From: Paraspadella gotoi
Taxonomy: Eukaryota > Animalia > Chaetognatha
NCBI GenBank assembly: GCA_051294375.1
Contig: CM119268.1
Coordinates: 20,495,797-20,559,796 of the forward strand
Direction: 5' to 3'
Length of the DNA stretch: 64,000 bases
The translations under genes were made by a program, and so were the position numbers. Of this stretch, positions 27,301 to 38,462 are shown in pieces. Each line of letters starts with the position of its first letter. Position 1 is the stretch's first letter. A model generated the notes under the pieces. That model made no database searches. It was not told the origin of the DNA and saw only the letters and a program-made list of their open reading frames with translations.

Positions 27301-27784
27301 TTGAGATGGTGGGAAGATGGGAAGATTGAGATGGTGNNNNNNNNNNNNNNNNNNNNNNNNNNNNNNNNNNNNNNNNNNNNNNNNNNNNNNNNNNNNNNNN
27401 NNNNNNNNNNNNNNNNNNNNNNNNNNNNNNNNNNNNNNNNNNNNNNNNNNNNNNNNNNNNNNNNNNNNNNNNNNNNNNNNNNNNNNNNNNNNNNNNNNNN
27501 NNNNNNNNNNNNNNNNNNNNNNNNNNNNNNNNNTGGTAGGAAGATTGGAAGATTGAAATGGTGGGAAGATGGGAAGATTGAGAGGGTGGGAAGATGGGAA
27601 GATTGAGATGGTAGGAAGATGGAAAGATTGAGATGGTGAGAAGATGGGAAGATTAGATTGAGAAGCGATAAAGCGATTGATTTAGAAATAAATATTGTAC
27701 TGAGCATGAGCCCGTTTAAGCAGGATAGCTTATTTATTGAATGAATGTATTATTTTTATATTGATTGTACCAATGTCAGAGAAA
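24394..27784. mobile_element. Foldback-like long inverted-repeat structure with internal minisatellite arms
   Basis: 24394-24590 is the reverse complement of 27590-27784, and 26205-26520 is the reverse complement of 26736-27330. The arms contain tandem CTTCCCATCTTCCCACCATCTCAAT units. The centre holds (CT)n plus a 25-N gap. Confidence 0.55.
25230..25480 (-). mobile_element. Possible highly decayed LINE RT C-terminal fragment
   Basis: Frameshifted minus-strand pieces KTQI(R)AL.E.A and QFQMRTL..AVLNL resemble 'YKxxIRPxLEYA...KxQxRxLRxILxLP'. The sequence is noisy. Confidence 0.3.
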
Positions 27785-27828
27785 CGAAAAAAAAGTTTAA
27801 ATAAGATACTGATTTAAAATGAGGTCAA

Positions 27829-27856
27829 AGGGGCACCCGGATTTGAAACAGGGACT
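27829..27856 (-). pseudogene. 3' fragment of tRNA-Cys (T-arm plus acceptor 3' strand), or piece of a tRNA-derived SINE
   Basis: The minus strand reads AGTCCCTGTTTCAAATCCGGGTGCCCCT, close to the eukaryotic tRNA-Cys 3' end GGTCCCCGGTTCAAATCCGGGTGCCCCCT. The 5' half is absent. Confidence 0.6.
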
Positions 27857-27944
27857 ATAACCCCAAAACACGGGAAGAAACTGGACTGTACGAAGTCATT
27901 GATTATTATATTGGTTGCACCAATTTCATACAAGGTGTTCTTGA

Positions 27945-28565
27945 GGCGATGGAAGTGATGAAAATGATTGGAGACATGAAAGTGATGGAAGTCAAGGAAG
28001 TAATGGAAGTGATGGAAGTGATAAAAGTAGTGGAAGTGATGAAAATAATTTAAGACATGGAAGTGATGGAAGTCAAGAAAGTAATGGAAGTGGTGGAAGT
28101 GATAAAAGTAATAGAAGTGATGAAAATTATTGGAGACATGGAAGTGATGGAAGTCAAGGAAGTAATGGAAGTGATGGAAGTGATAAAAGTAATGGAAGTG
28201 ATGAAAATGAATGAAGACATGAAAGTGATGGAAGTCAAGGAAGTAATGGAAGTGATGGAAGTGATAAAATTATAAAAGTAATGGAAGTGATGAAAATGAT
28301 TGAAGACATGGAAGTGATGGAAGTCAAGGAAGTAATGGAAGTGATGGAAGTGATAAAAGTAATGGAAGTGATGAAAATGATTGAAGACATTGAAGTGATG
28401 GAAGTCAAGGAAGTAATGGAAGTGATGGAAGTGATAAAGTGAAAAAAGTGATGGAAGTGATGAAAATGATTGAAGACATGGAAGTGATGGAAGTCAAGGA
28501 AGTAATGGAAGTGATGGAAGTGATAAAAGTGAAAAAAGTGATGGAAGTGATAAAAATGCTGAAGT
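27945..28565. repeat. Higher-order minisatellite: 81-bp unit built from nine diverged 9-mers (GAAGTGATG)
   Basis: The GACAT marker falls at 27973, 28054, 28135, 28216, 28305, 28386 and 28475 (spacings 81,81,81,89,81,89). Confidence 0.92.
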
Positions 28566-28875
28566 GATATCTCGATCGTTTGGATCTCAAGGAAATTCTC
28601 ACGTGAAAAATATGTTGTTGAAGAGGAAGATGAAGAGGAGGAAGAGGAGGAAGAGGAATAAGAGAAAGAAAGAGTAGGAAGTATAAGGAGGAAAGGAAAA
28701 GATTTAGAGGAGGGGAAAAAGAAAAGAGACTGGGGAAGAAGAGAAATTTATGGAACGGTTTTTGGAAGACCTGAGAGCAGAAAAAAAATGCGGCAGTCGA
28801 TGAGATGGACGAGTATAGAAAGCGAAAAACGGACGGACAGACAGATACATTGATAAGATAGCGAGGGCGGGAAAG

Positions 28876-28924
<49 letters not shown>

Positions 28925-30109
28925 GAGAGAGAGAGATTTTGCTGATGTGGCGCGTTCTTTTCGCTTATTACTTCTGCCTCAGGCGAATCCATCAAATTCT
29001 TATTTTTTTTTCTTTGTTGTTTCTCTTGATTTTTTTTTCTTTCTTTTTTTTCGCTCAAAATTTAATATCGTAAATTTTCTTTCTTCCCCGAAAAAAAGGG
29101 AATCGGATGAGACACGTTGAAGGAAATCTTCGGCGCGTTGCTAAGGAAACTAAGGCGTCGCTAGGGAAACAAAATAAAAAGGAGAGTGTGCGCTCTTTTC
29201 CGCGTGTTCCCTATTTCTGTTGGTATCCTTGAATTTAATTTTAATTCTAATATTTAACTTCAACACAATTTAAACCTATAAGTTAATCTCTTACCCAGAT
29301 TAGAGTTTCGTTAACCGTTAATTTTTCAGGAAATTTGCTTAACCGTTAATACTAACATTTTTAACGGTTAACCGTTAAAATCGTTTAATTTTATAATTTA
29401 ACTTTAAATTTAAAATACTAATATTTAAAACAAACTAAAGTATTTAAAGGTTTTTCTCTTTAACTCTGGCTCCTGAAAATAGTAAAAGAAAAATTGGTTT
29501 GAGCAAACTATCTTTAAATTACCCATGATAATTGAGCTTATCAGCTTATCAAATAATACATCATAATAAAACTTGCTTACAAGTTTTTTCTTTTGCCTTA
29601 AGTATAATAAAAATATAAAAAAGTAAAAGAAAGAAAAAGCATAATGTAATTCTAATTTTATATTATGTTTTCTCTTTCTCTATTTTTCTTTCTCTTTTTC
29701 TTTCTCTATTTCTCTTCCTCATTATTTTTCTAGTTTATTGAATGAATGGTTTATTGATTGAGCTATTGATCAAAATATTTATTGGTTAATAATTTTTTTT
29801 TTCGTTTTATTAAAAAGTATATCATCATTGAAGGATATTTTTAGTTAGCCTTAATGTCTTTTTAAGGATTCCTTCCTTCTATTATTAATTTTTAAATTTT
29901 TTATAATATTTTTTTTATTAATTTTTTTTCATTCATTTGGTTTTATTTCATTTGCTTCTTTGTTCTTTCTAAAGAGAGAAAAAGAAGAATTATTTATTTT
30001 TTTAATAACAAAATAAAATAAAAAGTTTTTCATGTAAAAATTTAATTTGTAAGAAAATGTATGTATTTGCATATATATTATATTTCAAAATATTCTTTGA
30101 TGTAAATGC

Positions 30110-30220
30110 ATTGTGTTATTTAATCCTTTCTTTCGTTGTGATTAGAGATTGGAGACAAAGTTTGAAATAATTGGCAATAACGATTTATTTTCAAGATGAA
30201 AAAGTTACATGTTTCGGCGT
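30110..30220 (-). mobile_element. Inverted, 5'-truncated copy of the same pLTR (3' half of the HHR plus tail)
   Basis: The minus strand reads GCCGAAACATGTAACTTTTTCATCTTGAAAATAAATCGTTATTGCCAATTATTTCAAAC, matching 30463-30525 (+), and continues to AAAGAAAGGATTAA. Confidence 0.75.
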
Positions 30221-30319
30221 CCAATGTGTGTGTAGAAGAAGGGGAGAGAGAGAGAAATAAGAGAGAGAAGAGAGAGAGAGAAGAGAGAGAAGAAACAGAG
30301 AAACTTTGCCCTCTCTCTT

Positions 30320-30399
<80 letters not shown>

Positions 30400-30437
30400 C
30401 TCCTCTCTCTCCCCTTCTTCTACACAAAAACTAAATT

Positions 30438-30480
30438 GACGCTGAAGAAGGCTTGTAAAAAAGCCGAAACATGTACTTTT
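30438..30480 (+). ncRNA. Minimal type-I hammerhead ribozyme motif (Penelope-like pLTR type)
   Basis: CTGAAGA (30442-48) + extra A + stem II GGCTT/AAGCC + GAAAC + palindromic ACATGT stem III + GUA triplet. Stem I is imperfect (GACG/CTTT). Confidence 0.7.
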
Positions 30481-32529
30481 TTCATCTTGAAAATAAATCG
30501 TTATTGCCAATTATTTCAAAACTTTTCTCTAAGATGTAAATGCATAAAATTAGTTGAAAAACGAAAAAAAAATGGCAGAAAGTAAAAAAATACTGGAAGG
30601 GCAGAAAAAAAGGAGAGAAAAGAAAGGGGGGGAAAGAAAGAGGGGAAAAGAGAGAAAAAAAAGAAAGGAACATAAGGGTATAGAGTTAGGGGGAAAAAGA
30701 ATAAGAGAGATTAGGATAGAAAAAAGATTGGGGTTGATAATAAAAAAGGAAAAAAAACATTGAAAAAATGGAGAAAAGAGAGAGGGGGGAAATATGGTTA
30801 GAAAGGGAGAGGAGAATAAGAGAGGACGGGAAAAAAATAGTTTTCTTTTAAAAAATCAAAGATTTCTTAACAAATAATAAAAAAAATCGTATTTGAAAAT
30901 TAACCGAATTTAACCGTTAAAAAATATATTAACGGTTAAGTTAAAATTATAATTAACCGTTAATAACCGTTAACTTTTAACGGTTATCGGAACACTAACC
31001 CAGATCACAAAGGTAAACTTAAACCCTAAATTTTATTCATTATCCCCAATTTGTAACCTTTAACCTTTAACCCTAAAACCTAATCCCTAACTCTAATCCC
31101 TTAATCTTTAACCTAATTCCGAATCTGGGAAAATAAGGCTGAAGAGGCGAGGCGCCTTTGCTAGGGAATCAAAAAAGGGAAATGGGATTAAAGGACATAA
31201 GAAGTGGCGTTGCTAGGGAAATAAAATGATAAATAAGTCGTCGTTAGGAGAATATTTCAACAAACAGATTCCTTTGAAAATCAAAAATAAATCAGGAGTT
31301 GAAGAAAAATTGCAACGAGTGCAAGAGTGAGAGACAAATAATAGTGAAACGAAAATATCTGTCACAAGTTGGAAAATTGGATAAAAAAAATGTAAAAAAT
31401 AAATATTTAGTATTCTGGAAGAAATCAACAGAAAAATTTGCTGATGAGAAAAAATGACTCTAAGAATGATGATTCCAATTCCTCATAAAAAGTTGATATA
31501 AGATTAAGAACATATTAGTCTTAATCAAAAATTCTTTCATTAAGTTAGCCTAAAATTAAAAAAAAATATATATATATATGAAATTGGTACAACCAATATA
31601 TATTATACTGAAATTTTATTTTAGCAGTTAATTTTGGCAGTTTTTTAATGAAATAATTTTTCTGAAAAGAGTTATATTTTCTTCTACCAACTTTTCCTGA
31701 GAAATTCTAATCTGATATAAAAATTAAGAAAAATTTGACATTTTATACGTCGAGTACTATGCGCGACTGGGGCTAACACGAAAATTGAAAACGAAATTTT
31801 TGATATTTAAAAATGTTTATGAATTTTGATTCTACTTAATTTAAAATTTTTTGCTCTGCTTTACCCTTCCAGCCCCCGACATCCACTCAGGTCGTTGAGT
31901 GATGAGCGAAATCTCTTTTGGTTCCCGATACAAAAGCGATGATGAGCGAAGGAGGCGAATGAGGGGGCGTTTGGGGGTGGAGAGGGGGAAGAGGAGGAGT
32001 GAGTAATGGGAAACAAAAAGGTTAGATTGAATTCCTTCTTCAAAAACCTGACTAATTTCCTTTTTTGGCCTTATTTTCCCAAAACGCCCCTGTTTATCTT
32101 TTATCGGGAATTAGATTTGTCTCAGTTAAAAGTAAATTCTTGGGATAAACGAACAAAAATTGGGCACTCTGGGAAAAGAGAGCCAAACATGCGAGGTAAG
32201 TTGGGTAGGTAGGTATATTTGAGTCGTTGAGTATGTTTACACAAGCGGGGAATCGGGCGATTGCAGGAGAGGGTGAGTTATTGCGGTCGACCGCTGGAGA
32301 AAAGGGTGAGCGTCGAGGGTGGGACTCGGTGGGTAAGTGCTTAGCAAGGGTGGGTGCTGCGGTTGCCTCGGGTCAACCGGATGCCATCACTAACGTCGCC
32401 GATGCAAAGGCGCGGGAATCTCGCAGGTGCAGAAAAGATTTTTTTCTTCTTTTTCTCTGATGTCGTCGTCGTCGTCGTCGTCGTCGTTATCTTTTCGTCT
32501 TATTTGTGGTTGTTCTAGACGTAGTAATG

Positions 32530-32605
<76 letters not shown>
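32530..32605. repeat. (GCC)n trinucleotide repeat, about 25 units
   Basis: Perfect GCC run that produces the poly-Ala/poly-Arg ORFs. Confidence 0.97.
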
Positions 32606-32606
<1 letters not shown>

Positions 32607-32880
32607 CGTTCCTCGTTTTCTTCGTCGGTCTGAAATTCCCGCGGGAAAAATGCCAAAAAACGAAATTTTTGGTAGTAAAGAGGCCAAAAGGCTGAAAATG
32701 GCAGAGAATGAGGTTGAAAAGGCTGAAAATGGAACATCAAAGGGCGAAATGTCAAGGAATTAAAAGATCCGAGGCTAAAACTCCAAAATCCGATTCCATT
32801 CAAGACTCGACATAAAATTAGGGTCAAACTTTTTTCTTTGAAAGAAAAAAAAAGAAAAAAATATAAGGACATTAGGGTTT

Positions 32881-33350
32881 AGGAAGAAAAAGAAGAAAAA
32901 AGAGGAAAAAAATGAAAAAGAGGAAAAAAAGGAAAAAAAGGAAAAAGGGGAAAAAGAGGAAAAGGAGAAAAAAGAGGAAGAAGAGAAAAAAGAGGGAAAA
33001 GGTGAAAAAGAGGAAAAAGAGGAAAAGGGGGAAAAAGAGGTAAAAGAGGAAAAAGAAAAAAAAGAGGAAAAAGGTGAAAAAGAGAAAAAAGAGGAAAAAG
33101 AGGAAAAAGAGGAAAAGGAGAAAAAAGAGGAAAAAGGGGGAAAAGAGGAAAAAGGGGGAAAAGAGGAAAAAGAGGAAGAAAAGGAAAAAGAGGAAAGAGA
33201 GGAAAAATAGGAAAAAGAATAAAAAGGGGAAAAAGAAAAAAAAAAGAAAAGAGAGGAAAAAGAGTAAAAAGGGGAAAAAGAGGAAAAAGAGGAGAAAGAG
33301 GAAAAGGAGGAAAAGGAGAAAAAAGAGGAAAAGATAGAGGAGATAGAAGA
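32881..33350. repeat. Purine-only 9-bp minisatellite (GAGGAAAAA)n
   Basis: Tandem AGAGGAAAA variants. Confidence 0.9.
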
Positions 33351-34217
33351 GACTTTCTTATCAAATGTATTTCTGGGTGTTCACGTGACCCTATATTATC
33401 ATTATACTGTGGGGTTCGATCACCACCTCACTGCCTTACGTAAGATATATTACAATTGTGATAATTATTATAACATGATAGTATAATCATTTATAGTTTT
33501 ACTAGGTAACACTAGTAGTAGTTGTACAGATTTCATGGTTATCACTTTTATTTCCTTGCCTTCTTACAAAGAACTTCTTCTACATTGTTAAACGATTATT
33601 ATCCCAGTATTAATGTATTCCATTGTTAATGTTACTAATTAATATAATTACTGTTATTACTTTTGCTTGTTGAGTCATATAGATATTCCATATAATCGAA
33701 TATCTATATGCTTTGATTATTTTATTAAGGTAATGATTTTAAGCTGAACAAAATAAGAACTTTGTTCAGGACAATTTTACAGAACAGAAAAACTGTTCAG
33801 ATAAACTCTTTGATTCCAACGCCGCCTAGAGGTCTCATCAGCGCCGTGGAAAAGAGGTGGCGACGTTGACCGTGAATTCGCCACAATACTAAATATGAAA
33901 TTAATTGATAACGTTTTAACCGAGTTATAAATGTAAATTATAGAGACCGACAAACAAACGGACGGCGCAACTAAAAATCAGATCAAAATATTCGTCCAAG
34001 AAAATTTCATTTGACGAAATGAAGAAAATGCACTTGAAGGGAAAGTCGAGACTCTATGTACTCTAAGAATAATAAAAGGTATAATGATTAATGATCATTA
34101 ATTATCATTAATTATCATTAATTATCATTAATTATCATTAATGGTCTTTAATAATTATAATTACTGAGGAAGGAGGAAGGAGAACGGAGACGTCGATAAC
34201 AACGACGAAAATGATTT

Positions 34218-34250
<33 letters not shown>

Positions 34251-34335
34251 ACTGACGACAAAACATCACGGAATCTTTCGATACGAGGGACCAACCTCTT
34301 TCCTCACGTACGCACACCCGTGACTCGTCCGAGAT

Positions 34336-34389
<54 letters not shown>

Positions 34390-34390
34390 C

Positions 34391-34434
<44 letters not shown>

Positions 34435-34494
34435 CCATCCCTTTCTTCCAAAAAAGGTCGAGAGGGGTTAAAAGCCAACGAGTTATGAGAAATT

Positions 34495-34555
<61 letters not shown>

Positions 34556-34560
34556 GAGAG

Positions 34561-34595
<35 letters not shown>

Positions 34596-34995
34596 AATGT
34601 TCATGGAAGGAAAGACATGTATATCCACTATCCGTTTATATCGAACAAATTTTTTTCTTCGCTGATTACGCTAAAAATTTTCGAGAATTTTTTTTTATCG
34701 TAAATCAGGATAATTGCCTTTTGCCGATCAGCAGTTTGCGTCACATGCCGGCTCTGCGGCTCTGCGGTGCCCGCCACCTATCAGGCAGCCAGCCCATCGC
34801 CCGCGGGGAGGAAAGAGATTCCGGATGTAAATCGAGCGCGAGTAAAACCTGGATGTAAACCGAGCGCGGGTTAAACCCGGATGTCGCTGTCGTTTTCGGC
34901 AAAGAATGAAAAATTTAGTCGATGAAAAAATATTTATTAAAGTATATATATATGTATAATCTTATAGTAGTATATATATATTTTGTAAGGACATC

Positions 34996-35037
<42 letters not shown>

Positions 35038-36724
35038 GCTTTGATTTTTCACTTGAAAAATGTTTCCACTTGTGAATTGAAATATTGGCAAAAAGTATAA
35101 ATGAACTTTATTTCCCAAAAAGACTCTCTATTTAAATATTTATTAAATTAATTTTTGAATTTAGAAGTTATCATTAAAGAAATGTCTGTTTTAGGTCTTC
35201 GTCTTCCTTCTTTTTGTTTTTTACGACGATGACTGAACTTTCAAATTCGCTTCAATGACAAAATCAAAATCAACTGAGACGAAAATCGGTCTTTTCATCG
35301 ACCAATTGTTGTTGTTGTCGACGTCCTCCTCCTCCTCATCCTCCACCTCCTCCTCATATTCTTGGCATAATGAACGTTTTGATGACGAAGTATAAAAGAT
35401 ATTGTGATAATAACATAAAATTAGTACAACTGTAATTTTGTAATATTTCTAATCTGTCAACGAGAACCAATTGATTACATTTCACTATTTATTTACGAAA
35501 AACATTTTTTATTCTCTCCACGGCGAAGTCTGAAAATATTTTATAAATGTTCAATCATCTCTGCTGATAATTATAGTATACACAAAGCATTTATTTTTAT
35601 TTTAATGGGAATTTAGTGTTGTCCAGACTAAACTGGTTTACCGCAGCTTGAAAACTAGTTAGATAAGGAGTTCGATAGAGCTATATCCCTAAGTCAAAAT
35701 AGGCGTCACAAATGTCACAGAAACGATATAGGATATCTTCTACCGGTTGTGTGTGCGCTGTTTGTTTCTTAGGATAACATCGATGGGTTTCCCATTGAGG
35801 AATCACTGATTAAAGATTAAGGTCAGGTCTTTGGTAAGTCACCTGTAAAGGGGGAGAAAAAGAGCGCTAATTATGACAATAACAGTTGATGATGTAATGA
35901 AAGAAAATTACTATTATGATCCTCAGTTGGTAAAAAGTGATTGTTATGAAAAATGCTCGGTTTCACAAGGAAAAAGATAGAATTACCAGTGATATTAGCT
36001 TTTTTGTTTCCGTAAAATCTTTTTCGGTTCACTTCGTTTCCTTAACAAATCAGATGAATGAGACAAAAGACAAAGAGAAAGAATGAAATCACCAGACCGA
36101 TCTTCGATTCTTTCACGAATCAAAACGGCGAGACTTAAAAACGATCACTGTTTCTTTTGCTTTTCCGTTGGTAGTTGTTGTCGTCGTCGTCGTTGTCGTC
36201 GTCGTTATTTTCGTAAGCAATGTCATGGTTGAGGTCTTCCCGATTGTCTTACGCTTCGTCGTCGTCGTCGTCGTCGTCGTCGTCATCGTCATTGTCATCA
36301 TTTATTTTTACTTAATCGTCATCGTCGTCGCTTGATCGTGACATAGTCGTTGTCATAAGCATTATTTTCGTTGTCATCGTCATCATCTTCGTCATCGTGA
36401 GGTAAATCTTTTTTATACAAACTCCTCCTCCTCCTCCTCCTCCTCCTCCTCCTCCTCCTACTCTCCGTAGTGATAATCGTCTTCTTCCTAAGCAATATCA
36501 TGGTTCACGTCTTCCTGTAACTGTTTTCGTCGTCGTCGTCGTCGACGAGAAAAAAATGATAATAAAATTGAAATAAAGTTAAATACTATATTCCTGAAAT
36601 ATGATTGATGACAAAGGCAATCTTTCTATCTTTTTTGTCGGCTGATAGTCCATAGTTTATGGTCCGCAGTATATGGTTCACACTCTTCACAGTATCTCTC
36701 ATCTAAATTTATGATTTAGTACTT

Positions 36725-36852
36725 TGTATTAATCCTTTCTTTTGTTGTTTGTTGAGATTAATTAAAAACGAAAATTTTCGTGGAACAACAATAAAGTTTT
36801 TATTAACTTTGGACATGTTTCGGCTCACAACTCAAGCCTTCATCAGCATCTG
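36725..36852 (-). ncRNA. Minimal type-I hammerhead ribozyme motif with intact catalytic core, followed by the pLTR tail
   Basis: The minus strand reads GATG-CTGATGA-A-GGCTT-GAGTTGT-GAGCC-GAAAC-AT-GTC-CAAAG (core 36808-36850). Downstream AAAGAAAGGATTAATAC is shared with the 30110 copy. Stem I is only about 2 bp. Confidence 0.72.
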
Positions 36853-37009
36853 AAATCACAAATAATTTATTTCACAAACTAGAACTAAAACTGTTTCGCA
36901 AAGAATAGTATAGCTAAATTTTGAACTTTTTCAGACTGTCTAAAATTTACATTATCCAAAGAATATTAAGTTGGATAAAAGAAGGAAAAACGATTTGAGC
37001 GAAACTGAA

Positions 37010-37090
37010 GAGCGGAAAAAAGCGGAAAAAAGCGGAAAGGAGCGGAAAAAAGCGGAAAGGAGCGGAAAGGAGCGGAAAGGAGCGGAAAAA
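37010..37090. repeat. (AGCGGAAARR)n 10-bp tandem repeat
   Basis: Eight units of AGCGGAAAAA/AGCGGAAAGG. Confidence 0.95.
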
Positions 37091-38144
37091 GGTTTAAGAG
37101 GGTCGAAACGTTAAAGGAGATACGCGCTTAAGTCAAGGAGAAGAAGCAAAGGTGTCGCCGCGGAAAAGGAGAGAAAGGGAGGAAAGAAAAGAGAGGTAGG
37201 AAAGGAGAGGTGGGGAGGAAAGGGGAGGAAGGGAGGAAAGGAGATGGAAGGAAAGAGAGGTAGGAAAGGAGAGGTGGGAGGAAAGGGGAGGAAGAGAGGA
37301 AAGCAGAGAAGAGGAAAGGAGGAGAAAAGGAGAGAAATTAGGAATAGGAGAGGACAGGAAAAAGAGGAGAGGAAATGAGAGGAAGGAGGAAAAGGGAGAA
37401 GGAGAGGAAAGGAGAGGAAAGGCGGAAATGAAGAGGAAAGGAAAGGAAAGGAAGGGTGGAAAGGAAGGGAGGAAAAGGGAAAAGGAAAGAAAAGGTGAGG
37501 AAGGTTTGAAAAGGGAGAAAAGAGGGAAGGGGGTTGGGAGAAAAGAGAAAAGAGAAAAGAGAGAAAAGAGAGAAAAGAGAAAAGAGAAAAGAGAAAAGAG
37601 GGAAGGGGGTTGGGATTAAAAAAGATGACAGTGATAAGGAATAGGGAAAAGAGGAAAAGAGGAAGGGGAAAAAAAGAGGTTGGAAAAGGAGAAGAAAAGA
37701 TAAAAGGAAGTTTGAAAGGAAGGAGCTAAAAGAAAACACGTTCATACTTGAAACAAAAAAAAATAGAAAGGGAGAGAAGAGAAATTCAGGGATAAATATA
37801 GTTGAATTGAAAAAGAAATAAAATAGAGAAAGCAGATAAGAAAGAAAAAAACAATGACGTGAGATTCCATCGCGCGGTTCTTTGTTGATTTACAGTGAAC
37901 CATTTGGAAAAGAGAAAAGAAAGAAACAAAAAGCAAAAAAAGGTTAAGATTAAAATCGCGTGGGAGTTGGTGAAAAGGTTGGAGAGATAAAAACGTGAGA
38001 AGCATCGTGAACGATAAAAGAAAGAAAAATGAAAAGGAAAAAGGAGGAAGGAAAAGTAAAGAAAGAAAAAAAGGAAAAGAAAAATCTGAAACAAAAATCG
38101 ACAAAAAATGAAAGGAAAGGAGATGAAAGGAAAGGAAAGAGAAA

Positions 38145-38365
38145 GGAAAATCAAAAGGAAAGGAAAGGAAAAGGAGAGAAAAGAAGAAAAAAGATGTCAA
38201 GATTCGCATAACAGGAAGAAAAGAAAAGAAAAGGAAAGGAAAGGAGAGGAAAGAAGAGGAAGAGGAAAGGAAAAAGAAAGGAAAGGAAAATCAAAAGGAA
38301 AGGAAAGGAAAAGGAGAGAAAAGAAGAAAAAAGATGTCAAGATTCGCATGACAGGAAGAAAAGCT
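38145..38365. repeat. ~80-bp direct repeat pair, period 140 bp
   Basis: ...AAGATGTCAAGATTCGCAT(A/G)ACAGGAAGAAAAG, with GATTCGCAT at 38201 and 38341. Confidence 0.9.
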
Positions 38366-38422
38366 TTGTCCCAGAATAAAGAAGAAAAATTGTCGGGACT
38401 CGAATGACAAGAATCGTTTCCA

Positions 38423-38462
<40 letters not shown>

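Larger units (their letters stand above)
29301..30997. mobile_element. Non-autonomous hAT-superfamily DNA transposon
   Basis: Perfect 8-bp TSD ACCCAGAT at 29293-29300 and 30998-31005. Imperfect TIRs TAGAGTTTCGTTAACCGTTA / TAACGGTTATCGGAACACTA. Multiple subterminal TAACCGTTA/TAACGGTTA motifs at both ends. No transposase ORF. Confidence 0.85.

Noticed and set aside
33395-33430. B-box-like GGTTCGATCACC
   Set aside because: No A box or tRNA-like fold upstream.
33815-33850. Minus-strand GCGCTGATGAGACC as a hammerhead start
   Set aside because: No downstream GAAA or closing stem II.
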